Assembly: GCA_036785375.1 (NCBI GenBank)
Contig: JAWMAR010000088.1
Location: 3,472,001 to 3,536,000, forward strand
Length of the DNA: 64,000 nucleotides
Reading direction: 5' to 3'
From: Leucoraja ocellata
Taxonomy: Eukaryota
Numbering within the stretch: the first letter of the stretch is position 1; each line of letters begins with the position of its first letter. Below, piece by piece: positions 1-12,900 of the stretch. The notes under the pieces were generated by a model that was not told where the DNA came from, made no database searches, and worked only from the letters and a program-made list of their open reading frames with translations. Both the position numbers and the translations under genes were made by a program.

Positions 1-1290
1 TTGTGGGTCCAAGAGAGGCCATCGGAGATGTTGACTCCCAGGAACCTGAAGCTAGAAACACGTTCCACCTCCGTCCCGTTAATGTGGATGGGGGTGTGCG
101 TGCCGCCTCTGGACTTCCTGAAGTCTACAATGAGCTCCTTGGTCTTCTTGGAGTTAAGGGCCAGGTTGTTCTCAGCGCACCATGCTGCTAAGTGCTGGAC
201 CTCCTCCCTGTAGGCCAGCTCATCGTTGTTGCTGATGAGGCCAATCACCGTTGTATCATCTGCATACTTGATGATGGTGTTAGTACCATGTACAGGTGTG
301 CAGTCATAGGTGAAGAGGGAGTAGAGGAGGGGGCTCAGCACACAGCCCTGAGGAACGCCGGTGTTCAGGGTGAGGGTTGAAGAGGTGTGCTTGTCTAACC
401 TCACAGACTGGGGTCTGTTGGTTAGAAAGTCCAGTATCCAGTTGCAGAGGGAGGGGTCGATGCCCAGGTTACCGAGTTTGGTGATCAGTTTTGATGGAAT
501 AATGATGTTGAATGCTGAGCTGTAATCGATGAACAGCATTCTTACATAAGTGTCTCTGTTGTCAAGGTGGGAGAGGGCGGAGTGAAGTGCCGTTGAGATG
601 GCATCCTCCGTACTCCTGTTCTTGCGGTAGGCAAACTGATAGGGATCCAGTGTGGGGGGTAGGCAGCTTTTGAGGTGTGCCAGGACCAGCCTCTCGAAGC
701 ACTTGGTGATGATGGGGGTAAGTGCAACTGGGCGGAAGTCGTTGAGGCTTGCCGCAGTGGAGTGTTTTGGCACTGGCACGATGGAGGTGGCTTTAAGGCA
801 AGTGGGGACAACTGCTTGGGCAAGTGACAGGTTGAAGATGTCAGTCCAGACGTCTGTCAGCTGCGCAGCACAGGCACTGAGCACGCGCCCGGGGATGCCG
901 TCAGGGCCAGCAGCCTTACGTGCATTAGTCCTACTCAGTGCCACGTACACGTCGTAGGGGGTGAGTGTGAGGGGTTGGTGATCGGCAGGTAGCACAGCCT
1001 TGATGGCTGTCTCTAGATTGTCCCTGTCAAAGCGGCCATAGAAGTGATTAAGCTCCTCAAGGAAGGAGGCGTCGCTGGATGTGGGGGTGATGTTGGAGGG
1101 TCTGTAGTCCGTGATGGCCTGGATGCCTTGCCACATGCGTCGGGGGTCGGAGTTGTTGTTGAAGTGCTCCTCAATCCTGAGCTTATGGCAGTGCTTGGCC
1201 TTCCTGATGCCCCTCTTCAGGTTAGCCCTGGATGAACTGTAGGCTCGAGCATCGCCTGACCTGAAAGCGGTGTCCCGTGCTTTCAGCAGT
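1..1290 (-). mobile_element. Rex1/Babar-type LINE, reverse-transcriptase fragment (runs off window start)
   Basis: Minus strand encodes [35 protein letters not shown] and KYADDT-like RT motifs; closely similar inverted copy of 16484-18622. Confidence 0.9.
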
Positions 1291-2130
1291 ATCCATAGAG
1301 CTAGGTAGCACAGAAACAGAACCTGCAGCCCACCTTGTCCATACCAGCCAAGTTAACATTCAGGGCAAGTCCCATTTGCCTGCATTTGGCCCTTTGCTCC
1401 ATAAACCCTTTGTATCCATAGATCTGTCCAAAAGTATTTTAAAAGTTGTTATTGTAACTTTCTTTGGAACAGTCTTTGGAACTCTCTCCAAAATATTTGA
1501 ATATTTTTAAGACATAGGTAGATCAATTTTATATAAGAAAAGGGATGAAAAGTTTTGAGAACAAGCAGGAATGTGGTTACAGTCCGATCAGCCATGATTT
1601 TATTAAATAGTCGATACAGGCTCACAGGTCAAGAGGCTGACTCGTACTGTTAATACATTTGCTTGTATCTTTCTGTATAATATTTGCTGGAGAGACATTA
1701 GCACCAAGAAAATTACTGGCCATCGGTATTCTAATATATAGTAAATTCACTTTCCCTGGCACTAGCATAGCTTCTACTGCAAACTCAAAATGCTCTTTAT
1801 AAACCATCTGAGCAGTCTGCATTCTTTGCATTCTTTTTTTTGGAAAATATATGTGGAATCCAGTATCTGAACAAAAGTGCACTGGCGATTTTGTCACAAG
1901 CTCTTTAACAGAAAAATGTGAGGTGATTTTGGTAAGAAGATGGAGGGTTGGGGAATTTATCCTTTGTGAAATGGGTGAACACAAAAGATGTTTAGACAGG
2001 GTTTTAGGAAGAAGTTAGAATACAGGTTCATATCATGAAAACATTCAGATCAGCCATGATCATATTGAATGGTGGTGCAGGCTCGAAGAGCCGAATAGCC
2101 TACTCCTGCACCTATTTTCTATGTTTCTAA
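1291..2130. mobile_element. Short CR1/HER1 LINE 3'-end fragments (about 1291-1470 minus; about 1500-1660 and 2040-2130 plus)
   Basis: Shares 3' UTR motifs (gatcagccatgatcatattgaatgg...cctactcctgcaccta, tttctatg tail) with the long CR1 copies in this window. Confidence 0.65.
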
Positions 2131-3116
2131 GTACTTGTGTAGGAAGGAGCTGCAGATGCTGGTTTAAACCGAAGATAGACACAAAAAGCTGGAGTAACTG
2201 CTGTCTGTCCCACAGAGTTACTCCACTTTTGTACTTCAGATGAAGTATTTCACGGGTTCATTTTTAACAGAATGGAATTGAAAAGCAATGTTAAACTTGT
2301 TAGAGACTTTGTTAGAGATCACTTGTTCAGATCATTTAAAACTATGTTTTAGCTTCTGTAAATTGTCCCTAGTATGTAGGATGTAACTAGTGTACAGGTG
2401 ATTGTTGGTTGGCATGGACTCGGTGGGCCCAATGGCCTGTTTCCACGCTGCATCTCTAAACTAAACTAAACTAAATTAAAAATCTTCGTGAGGATGATAT
2501 CAGAATTGAGAAGCTATGCTTACTAGGTTAGGGCTGATTTTGTTTCTGTATAAAAACAATGTTGAAGGGTAACATGGTAAAGTTGAAGATAATGAGAGTC
2601 TGTGAAATGATAAAAGTATAAAAAGGGTTTCCACTTTTGAGGTAGTTGTTATTTTGTGTTATTAGTAAATTTGCAGAACATTATATATGGAACGAGCTAC
2701 CACAAATAATATTTGAGGTCATTATTCCAGATGTGTTTAAGTGGAAACTGCTTCGACAGATGGATTTCTGAAGTATATGGTCACTATAAACAACCTGAAA
2801 CTTCTGAAAGGCTTGATTATTGTAAACGTTTTGGATTAATCTCACCCTCCTCTTAGATTCAGCTCCATTGTTCAAGACCATGAAATATCAATAAGTTGGA
2901 TGATTCTTTACTAATTACAAAGCATGCCAGTCAGAATCCCAGAGGGTTGGCCAGATTACTACTAAGGCAACACCACAGGGTTTTCCCATTCCTAAGCCAT
3001 GTCAATGACACCAAAACACAAAATGTTTTTAGTTAGGCAGCTATAGAACACTAATAGCAAAACTTCACCAATTGTTCACAAGCAGTGATGAAATGTCACA
3101 GAAACATTTATATGGA

Positions 3117-3820
3117 GCCAGCATTTAATTGTGCATCCCTAATTGCCCCGTGAAGGTACTGGTGGGTTGCTTTCTTGAACCACTGCAGTATTTGAGTTGT
3201 GGGTATACTGTTAGGGGGAGAGCCAGGATTTTGACACAACGATGGTGAAGGAACACAATATACAGTATTTCTGTGTTGGGATGGTATTTGCCTTGGAGGG
3301 CAACATCCAAGTGATGGTGTTCCTGTACTTTTGCTGTCCTTGTGGTCCTAGCTGCTAGATGTTAAGGGCAAGCTTGGTCAGTGCTGTGGATGAGTTGCTG
3401 CAGCGCCTCAGTGCCTAGTAGATGGTAAAACCTGTGTCTGTGGAGAAGTGAGTGAATGACTGTGGATGTCAACAGTGCTCCTATGCCCGATATGGCATTG
3501 AGCTTCTTGACTATTGTTGAAGCTACATTCATCAACAAGTGGAAACTCTTCCATCAGATTTCTGACATGAGCATTGTGGACAGGGGAATTAGAAAGAGAG
3601 TTACCTGCTGCAGGGTTCCTAACCTCTGACCTGATCTTGTAGCTAACACTCCAGAGAAAACAATACACGTTTGTCCTACCTCTCCTTCCAGCAAATCCAG
3701 GCAGCATTCTGGTAAACCTCTTCTGCACCCTCGCCAAAGCCTCAACATCTGTCCCATAGTGGGGTGATCAGAACTGCACATAATGAAGGCGTCAGTTCTT
3801 AAAGGTTCCACTAACATCCT
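3117..3820 (-). mobile_element. Old degenerate CR1/L2-type LINE 3' fragments
   Basis: gccagcatttaattgtgcatccctaattgcccc 3' end, also seen degenerate at about 62340-62390; ARVQKRFTRMLPG remnant at about 3690-3740. Confidence 0.55.
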
Positions 3821-5697
3821 GGAGGCAGTGGCAGGAAGTCAATCACAGTCTTTCACATTAGGGTTGCTCAATCCCAAAAATAAATAACCACGTCACTTTT
3901 TCTCCACCAACAAAAAACCCTTGTCCCCATCCACATGCAACCCCGACACCCTAGGGACCAATGGAAGAACTATCTGTCCTATCCATGATATCTGTCCTAT
4001 CCGTATTCTCCTGTTGGATGTTACTTCTCCTGCAGCTATATTCCTTGCAAAGCACAGAGTTGGCTCATTGATTCAATAATGATTCCTGGAGCAACCATTC
4101 TGAGCTGCTAACTCAGTGCTGTGAATTTATTCCCCAGTCCTGATTGATCATGTATTTGGCCATTCTTTGCTAGAGCGTTTTATCATTTCTCAGCTGATCC
4201 TGTTAAATGAAGCCCTACAAATAATACTGATGCTTCCCATTCTTCGGGAATGGCTTAGGAAAGGAACTTCACAGAAGCAGGCTGGTTCCTCCATTTAATG
4301 TTATAAAGGGTACCATGAGTGGTATCCTTGAACCAGAATAATTCACTACCCCTAGCAGTAGAAAGGAACTTTTTTTGTGGAATGAAATGTAGAATTGGTT
4401 TTTTTTTCCATCCAAGCATAAGATTCAAGTCCAGTATATATTCAGTAAATAATTTTGCCAATAACTTATAGTATGATCAGTTCTTAGTTGGCCATACAGA
4501 AAAAACTCCTTCATTTAGGTCTCCAGACTTTAACATAGGACGTAAAGAAAAAAATGTTGGATATTGGATGACATTTTTAAAAAACCATACATATCATGGT
4601 GGAATTTTGTCAAGCTTGTGCCAGCTGCAATATTTTTGTAAAACAAGCAATTGCAGCAAATTACAGTTAGGAAAATACTATTTTATCTTTAAATGTTTCC
4701 ATCTGCTCAGAAAAGCAGTTTAAGATCCCTGGAAAAATATTTTCTGAATGGAAAAGTAGATATATGTCTGAGTACTCCCCAATGAATACTCTTCCTTTAA
4801 ATACAACTGTGTTTGAAAAAAAACTTTAGACTCCACAGGAAATTCCAGCTTCAAGCATCTTATGTAATATTCTATCAAATTACATCTGAAAACCCACAAA
4901 TATGTTTTCAGCGAGAAATTCTATAGCATGTAAAAAGCATGTTAAAGTGACATTCCAAGACTGCCAAAATGCTGGTCAGGTGTAAAGTTTCAAGTCTCCA
5001 GGTTTCACAAGCAGCCCAAGACAAAGGTCCCGGCAGAGATGAGAAAATTAGACATTTCATGCAGAAATATGCACCAAGGTCTTTACCTCTATCTCCTGTC
5101 ATGGCAGAGCATGTTGAAAATGTGCTTGGGAGTGTGTGGATAAGATGTAGAGGAAGACAGGGAAGAGCTCTGGGAAGAGGAAATGATCACATGAGCAATG
5201 ATGAATGATGGAGGAAAACTGGGATAGACTAAAAACAGGATGAGAATATTGGAGCTTGGGATACTGTGAAAATGGTTGGGATATTCATCACGATGATTGG
5301 TGAAATTCAGAACAAGATTATAAATGTCTGAGGACATTGATAGGTTAAATAGAAGAAGAAAATGAAAGTTTTTATCTGGAAGAAGATCATTGCCTTGGAT
5401 GCCCCAGCAGCAGCATTGATTAAAGTCGGGGATTGTGACAAATATAAAATTTGGCCACAGCCTTCTGCTTGAGATATTTTCGAGTGCAGGGGTCCCCTAT
5501 TTCATTTCTCCAATAGAACCTGATGCAATCAATGTTATAGAGTCAAAGAGACATACAGCATGGTATCAGGCCCTTCAGCCCAGCTTTCCCATACCAAACA
5601 AGTTGCCCCATCTACACTAGTCTCACCTGCTCATGTTTGGCCCATATCCCTCTAAACCCTTCCTATCCATATTCCTGTCCAAATGTCTCTTAAATGT

Positions 5698-6250
5698 TTA
5701 GTTTTGTTTAGTTTCGAGATATAGGCACTTCAGCCCACCAAGTCCGCACCAACCAGCGATCCCTGCACATTAACACAAGGCTGCACACACTAGGGACAAT
5801 TTACACATACCAAGTATGTGGGACGACAGATGGCACAATGGGCTAAGTGTTCGGCTGGCGACCGGAAGGTGGCCGGTTCGAATCCCGCTTGGAGTGCATA
5901 CTGTCGTTGTGTCCTTGGGGCAAGACACTTCACCCACCTTTGCCTGTGTGTAATGTAATGTAATTATGTGAAGCACTTTGGGGTCAATGCAAGTTGACTG
6001 AAAATGTGCTATATAAATAAGATTAAAGTAAAAAAGTAAAGTAAGTATACAAACTCAAGCCAATTAACCTACAAACCTGTACGTCTTTGGCATGTGGGAG
6101 GAAGCCGAAGATCTCGGAGAAAACGCACGTGGTCACGGGGAGAACGTACATACTCCGTACAGACAGCACCCGTAGTCGGGATCGAACCCTGGTCTCTGGT
6201 GCTGCAAATACTGTAAGGTAGCAACTCTACTATTGCGTCACCATGCCACC
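5698..6250 (-). mobile_element. HE1-type V-SINE, interrupted by a younger SINE
   Basis: tRNA-like head with GGTTCGATCC B box, V-domain (gtacgttctccccgtgacc...cccacatgccaaagacgtac) and CR1-like tail; homologous to 42265-42564. Confidence 0.8.
5822..6025 (+). mobile_element. Young tRNA-derived SINE with L2-like tail
   Basis: A box TGGCACAATGG, B box GGTTCGAATCC, core gtgtccttggggcaagacactt, tail ...gtgctatataaataag; near-identical to 45905-46117. Confidence 0.85.
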
Positions 6251-7065
6251 GTGTTATAGTTTCTGCCTCAACTACCTTCTCCAGCAGCTCATTCCATATA
6301 CCCACCACTCAGTGTGAAAAAGTTGCCCGTCATATTCCTATTAAATCATTCCCCTCCCACCTTAAACCAATGTCCGGTGGTACATGATTTCCCTACTCTG
6401 GATAAAAGACTCTGTGCATCTACCTTATTTATTCTCCTCATGATCATATACACCTCCATAAGATCACCTCGCATCCTCTTACGCTCCAAGGGATACAGAC
6501 CTACCCTACCCAATCTCACCCTATAGCTCAGACCTTCCAGTCCTGGCAACATCCTTATAAATCTCATCTGCACCCTTTTCAGCTTAACAACATCAATCCT
6601 AAAGCGGTTTGACTAAAACAGAACACAATACTCCAATTGTGGCCTCACCAGTGCCTTCTAAAGCTGTAACATAACATCCCAACTTCTATACTCAGTACCC
6701 TGACTGATGGAGGCCAATGTGCCAAAAGCCTTATTGCCCACCTTATTTACTGGTCACTTTCAAGGAACTACGTACCTGCACTCTTAGATTCCACGGCATT
6801 GCAACAATCCCCAGAGCCCTGTCAGTTACTGCAAAGGTCCTGCCCTGGTTAGACTTCCCAAAATGCAACACACTGCATTGATCTGCATTAACCTCCATTC
6901 CATTGGCCACTTGCCCAACTGATACGATCCTGCTGTAACCTTTGATAATCATCTTTGCTATCTACAATACCACCCACCTAAGTGTCATCAGTAAACTTAA
7001 TATTCTGCTTTGTACGTTCTCATCCAAATCATTTATATACACCATAAACTGATCCCTGAAGTACT

Positions 7066-8215
7066 GGGATGCTCAGCAAAGCATTCGACAAGGGTCTGCA
7101 TGGTAGGCTGATCTAGAAAGTTAGATTGCATGAGATCCAAGGAGAGATAGCTGAATGGATAAAAAAATTGACCATGGAAAGAAGCAGAGGGTGATGGTGG
7201 AAGGTTTGTTCTCGGACCGGAGGCCTGTGACTTGTGGTGTGCCTCAGGGTTTGGTGCTTGACTCGTTACTGTTTGTCATCTATAGCAATGATTTGGATGA
7301 GAACATACACGGCAATATTAGCAAGTTTGCAAATTATACGAAACTGGGTGGATTTGCAGATGGTTGTGAAAAATTGCAGCAGGATCTTGATCGATTGGTC
7401 ACATGAGCTGAGGAATGGTTAATGGAATTTAATACAAAAATATATATTTTTGCATTCTGGGAAGTCTAACATGGGTAGGACCTACACAGCGAATGATAGG
7501 GCTCAGGGAGTGTTGTAGAGCAGAGGGATCTGGGAGTGCAGGTGCATGGTTCCTTGAAGGTGGAGTCGCAAGTAGGTAGGGTGGTCAACAAGGTGTTTGG
7601 CACAGAGTAGAGTATTGAGTATAAAAGTTGGGAGGTCATGTTGCAGTTGTATAATGTGATGGTGTGGCCGCATTTAGAGTATTGTGTTCCGTTCTGGGCA
7701 CCATGTTATAGGAAAGATGTTGTCAAGCTGGAAAGGGTACAGAGAAGATTTACAAGGATGTTGCCAGGGCTAGAGGGTCTGAGCTACAGGCTGAGGTTGA
7801 GTAGGCTTAGACTCTATTCCTTGGAGTGCAGGAGGATGAGGGGTGATCTTATTAAGGTGTATAAAATCATGAGAGGAATAGATAGGGTAGATGCACAGAG
7901 TCTCTTGGCCAGAGTAGGTGAATAGGGGTGCAGAGGACATAGGTTTAAGGTGAAGGGGAAAAGATTTAATAGGAATCTGAGGGGTAACCTTTTCACACAA
8001 AGGGTCGTGGGTGAATGGAACAAGCTGCCAGAGGAGGTAGTTGAAGCAGGGACTATTCATACATTTGAGAAAGTTAGGCAGGTACATGGATGGATAGGTT
8101 TGGAGAGATATAGACCAAACATGAGTAGGTGGGACTAGTGTAGCTGTGACATGGTGGCCGGTATGGGTAAGATGGGCCAACGGGCCTGTTTCCACACTGT
8201 ATCACTATGACTCTA
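7066..8215 (+). mobile_element. 5'-truncated CR1 LINE (RT C-terminus and 3' UTR)
   Basis: GVPQGLVL, SKFANYTK and PHLEYCVPFWAPCYRKDVVKLERVQRRFTRMLPG; splits the minus-strand CR1. Confidence 0.9.
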
Positions 8216-9709
8216 CACCATTAGTCACAGACCCCATCCCCCCCCCCCCCCCCCCCCCCGTCGGAAAAGCAACGTTCCACCATCACCCTCTGCTTCTTTC
8301 CTTGATGCCAATTTTTTTATCCGGTTGGTTAGCTCTCTCTGGATCCCTCATAATCTAACCTTCCAAAGCATTCTACCATGCAGAACTTCGTCATGCCTTG
8401 CTGAAATCCATATATACAATGTCTACAGCTCGTTAACCTTTTTGGTTACATCAATAAACTCAGGTCATTAGACACGATCATCCACTTCCAAAATCAATCT
8501 AACTATCTCTAATCAGCCCTTGTCTATCTACAGAAAATGCATGCATACCTTACCCCTCTGAATACTCTTTAGTAACTTCCACCCATTGATGTTGGGCTCA
8601 CTGGCCTATAGTTCCCAGGCTTTTCCTTGCAGCCCGTCGTAAATAGATGCACAACATTTGTCACCCTCCAGTCTTCCCGCACTTTACCCATATTTAATGA
8701 TGACTCATATATCTCATCCTGGGCACCTGCAACTTCCCACAGTGTCCTCGGATATACCTGATCAGGCCCGGAAGATTTATCTACTTTCATATGTGTTAAA
8801 ATGTTCAGCACCTGCTCAACTGTAATACCGATTGCTTTCAAGGCATTTCCATTGAGTGCCCCTAATTTCCCAGTCTTCATGCCTTTCTCCATGGTAAAAT
8901 CAGAGGAGAAATACTAGTTGAAGACCTTCCCCATCCCCTTTGACTCCACACAGAAATTACCACTTTGTTTCCTGAGGATGCCTATTCTCTCTCTGATTAT
9001 ACTTTTTCCCTTATTGTATATAAAATCTTCATGGATTTTCCTTAATATTTTTGTCAGAGCTGTCACCTGCCTTTTTGCTGTCCTGATTTTCTTCTTTTGC
9101 ATGCTCCTCAGTTCCTGAAACTCCTCCAAGTATACACTTTATCCCAGCTGCCTATACCTGTCCCATGCCTCCTCCTTTTTCCTGATCAGAGCCTCAATTT
9201 CTCTCACCATCCAAGCTTCCTTAGGCCCACCTATCTTGCCCTTCACTCTAATAGCACATACTGTATGTGCTCTGAACTCTAGTCACTACACTTTTAAAAG
9301 CATCCAACTTTCTGGATACTCCTTTTCCTGCAAACAATCTGCTCCAATCGACTTGAGCGAGTTCCCATCTAATACCTTCAATGTTGGCCTTGCCCCAATT
9401 TAGAATTTTAACTTGCGGGACTGCCCTGTCTTTAACCATAACTATCTTAAAGCTAATAGAACAGTGGTTATTGGACGGACCCAGTTGCCTCATCACACAA
9501 ACACTTCAGCCATTTGTTCCTCCCAATTACCTAAGACGAGATCAAGCACTGCTGTTTCCAGGGTGGAGGCTTCTACATATTGCCTGAGGAAACTTTCCTG
9601 AACACATTTGACAAATTCTGCTCTATCTAAACCTTATGCACTATGACAGTCTATATTAGGAAAGTTAAAAACCCCCTACTGCGACAACCTAGTCATCTTG
9701 CTCTATGTT

Positions 9710-10069
9710 AATAGTAAGATTAAATGAGAACTTACCAGTTTGAAGTTTGATCTTTATTTTATGAGGAGTTACAATGAGCGATTACGTGAAGAACCCCACC
9801 AGTCCGCATGCACGTCAATCTTCAAATCAGCGGTGTGAAATCACAGATAATAATAACTGAAGTAACATAGTAAGATTATAAACCAGACCTTCCAGTTGAC
9901 CTTTATGATATTGAGGGCCGGGAGCGGTGGGCACGTAATCGCTCATCGTAACTCCTCATAAAATAAAGATCAAACTTCCAACTGGTAAGTTCTTGTTTAA
10001 TCTTACTATTTTACTTTGGAGTCACGTGAGTGATTCCGTGAAGATTTCAAAGCTCTGTGATTTCATGCC
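9710..10069. repeat. DIRS terminal inverted repeat and internal complementary region
   Basis: 79-nt arms 9710-9788 and 9932-10010 are reverse complements with a few mismatches; further short complementary blocks between about 9811-9849 and 10021-10069. Confidence 0.85.
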
Positions 10070-10289
10070 ATAGATACGAATCCAGGCGTCTCACACTGCA
10101 ACAGTTGACTCAGGAGGAGTGAATAATGAGCAATACATTGAAACGCGGTACAGATTAACATGTTGATGCTTTAATTCACAAACAAAATAAAGAAAACACA
10201 ATAGCAACCCCTCTCTCCCAGGGGGAAGCTATGAAACAGAACTTAAAATGGAATGGGCAAACACCCTGGGTTTGATAAGTGGTTTATTA

Positions 10290-12441
10290 TAAAACCTCTG
10301 AAAAGTCAGTTAATTTGACCATCCTGCGGCCGCATGGATATAGTCTAGAGGGATGTCCATTGCCCTCACTGCTGACGTTGATGCCGCCCTGGTGGAGTGA
10401 GATTTAAAATTGTCAGTATTAACTCCTGCACAAACCAGCACTTGTTTCAGCCATCTTGAAATGGTCTGAACTGACACTTTCATATGTGCCTTTTTGTGGC
10501 TAATATACAATGATACTTCCGAGCCTCTGAGGCTCTTAGTGAACTCGATATAACATCACAAGTGCGCCACTACACACAGTCGTAAATCCGTGGGATATGC
10601 TGACAGTACAAGCTTGAATCCTGACACCCCTGGTCTGCTCTGTTTTATAAGATCATAGATGTAAAACATAACATCATTCCCAGATGACTCCATCCTGTTC
10701 AGTCGCAACTTCTGCAAAGTCTAAACCCTTTGCGCTGACACCAGTGCCATGAGTATGACCAACTTCAGGGTAATCTTCACCAACGACAAGGATGTGGCTG
10801 GACCCCACTGACAAAGCAGCGTGAGCACCACACTCACATCCCAGATTTCTGAATATCTAGCCCTGGGGGGATTGGAATTAAAAACACCCTTCATAAACTG
10901 GGATATTAATGGATGAGATCCTACAGACTATAGTTCTGACCCCAAGCATAAGTATGATGACAGCACTCCTGCCACATCTCGATCGGAAAAATACCTATGC
11001 CAGGATCCTCTTCATAGACTTCAGCTCTGCTTTCAATACAATCATTCCGCAGCAGCTGGTGGAGAAGTTGGAGCTATTGGGGGTTGATGCTGGCACATGC
11101 AACTGGGTCCTGAACTTTCTGTCGCAACGGCAGCAGACAGTCAGGGTGGGCAGTAGGACATCAAAAACCATAGCCGTGAGCACTGGCTCACCCCAAGGCT
11201 GTGTCCTAAGCCCCCTTCTGTTTAGTCTGCTGACACACGACTGTACTGCCAGACTCAATAACAACTTCATCAACAAGTTCGCTGATGACACAACAGTGGT
11301 GGGTCTCATCAGTGACAATGATGAATCGGCGTACAGGATGGAGGTGGAGCTGCTCACAGGTTGGTGCAAATCCCACAACCTCATTCTTAACGTGGGAAAA
11401 ACTAAGGAGATGGTGGTTGACTTCAGGAGGGCGGGGAAATAACACCATACACCTCTGCACATCGACGGAGCTGATGTGGAAAGGGTCAGCAGCATGAAGT
11501 TCTTAGGACTACATCTGTCTGATGACCTGACGTCCACGGCCAACACCACAGCTCTGGTCAAGAGAGCCCAGCAGCGACTTCACCCTCTCCGAAGACTACG
11601 TAAAGCAGGCCTCCCCACCACACACCTACGGACTTTTTATAGGGGGACTGTCGAGAGCACACTGACATACGGCATCACTTCCTGGTTCGGGAGCTGCAAG
11701 GCGTACGAACGGCACCAACTGGACAGGATAGTGAAGACCGCAAGCAGGATTATTGGTGCTCCACTCCCCTTCCTGCTGGACATATACAGGAAGAGATGTA
11801 TCAACAGAGCCATCTCCATCATCAAAGACCCTTACCACCCATCGCATGACATTTTCTCCATCCTCCCATCTGGGAAGAGGTACAGGAGCATTAGCTGCAA
11901 AACCAGCAGGATGCTCCTCAGCTTCTTCCCACAGGCTATAAGACTGTTAAATGGACTTTGCCCCCTGCCAAGTATCGCGCACAAACCCCCACACTGCAGC
12001 AGAGCCACTGTTGTGCCGCTGCCGGTCGGAACGGCTGTTGAATGTTTAGTAGAGTGTTAAATTTGTTCATGACATGTATTTTTTATTTTCATTTCTATTT
12101 ATTTTTTCATGCACACTGAATGGACATGGTTGAGCAACGTTTTTTTGTTTCCTCTGGGTATGCGAATACTCAGGAAATGACAATAAAGATATACAATACA
12201 ATACAATATTGATGGCACTATAGCTCAACCCTTCATCAAAATACGACTTGGACAGAAACTCTAACACATCTGGGATGGATGCTGTGTGGTAACTAATGTT
12301 CCCTTGTAAGCAAAACTCCTCCCATTTCCTGACATGAGAGATGTACTGCTTTTTGGTACCATCCCTCCAGGATGACGTGATGATATCCACGGTACGATTG
12401 GATAGTCCCAGACCCAGGTATGGCCTCCTTAGAATCTGCAA
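10290..12441 (-). pseudogene. DIRS tyrosine recombinase, split by a LINE insertion (N-part 12206-12441, C-part about 10290-10967)
   Basis: ITSSWRDGTKKQY..WEEFC..VLEFL..GLSYSAINI N-terminal domain; HSTR..S and AAGW motifs of DIRS recombinases; in-frame stops. Confidence 0.88.
10968..12206 (+). mobile_element. 5'-truncated Rex1/Babar LINE nested in the DIRS recombinase gene
   Basis: [33 protein letters not shown] and LPSGKRYRS; one premature TAA at 11440-11442; AATAAA and (TACAA)n tail. Confidence 0.9.
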
Positions 12442-12900
12442 ATTAACAAATTAATACGATCATAGAATGGGTGTTGATCCCCAGTCACAGGGTGCACCAA
12501 TAGATTATTACGTTTTGGAACCACCATAATAGGCTGTGCTATAATGCCCAAAATGAAAGTGAACCATGGCGGTGTAGGCCAGTCGGGTACCACCAAAACT
12601 CCTGAAGTGGAGTCCTGCTTGATCTTGGTCAAGCACTGACTGATGTGGCAGAATGGGGGAAATGCATATATAAATACTCCACACCAGTGTAGCGTGAACG
12701 CATCTACCGCTACTGCCCCTGGGTCTGGTTCCCATGAAATATACTTCGGTATCTGTTGATTGAGTCTGGTTGCAAATAAATCGATATCTGGCACCCCATA
12801 CAGCACAACAATATCATTAAATACATCATGATTCAACATCCATTCTGTGTTGTCATTGAATTTGCGTGACTTGGTGTCTGCCACCATGTTGAATCTGCCT
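12429..12900 (-). pseudogene. DIRS DNA N6-adenine methyltransferase-like (MT) domain
   Basis: Uninterrupted frame EWMLN..PDIDLFATRLNQQIPKYISWEPDPGAVAVDAFTLHW..IYAFPPF..GVLVVPDWPTPPWF. Confidence 0.8.

Larger units (their letters stand above)
5538..9700 (-). mobile_element. Long decayed CR1 LINE (APE-RT-3' UTR) interrupted by an HE1 SINE, a tRNA SINE and a + strand CR1; abuts the DIRS element at its 5' end
   Basis: Pieces 5538-5697, 6251-7065 and 8216-9700 rejoin in order; peptides RFIRMLPGLEGLSYRVRL, MKVDKSSGPDQVYPRTLWE, EDWRVTNVV..GNYRPVS and LNWGKAN. Confidence 0.85.

Noticed and set aside
5822-5895. Possible tRNA gene (A and B boxes, GGTTCGAATCC)
   Set aside because: Continues into a SINE core and tail, and a second dispersed copy has a target-site duplication
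10909-12060. Many antisense and alternative-frame ORFs over LINE copies
   Set aside because: Shadows of RT coding sequence; no independent evidence of coding function
12067-12441. 124-aa ORF as a standalone gene
   Set aside because: It is the DIRS recombinase N-terminus reading into the antisense tail of the inserted Rex1
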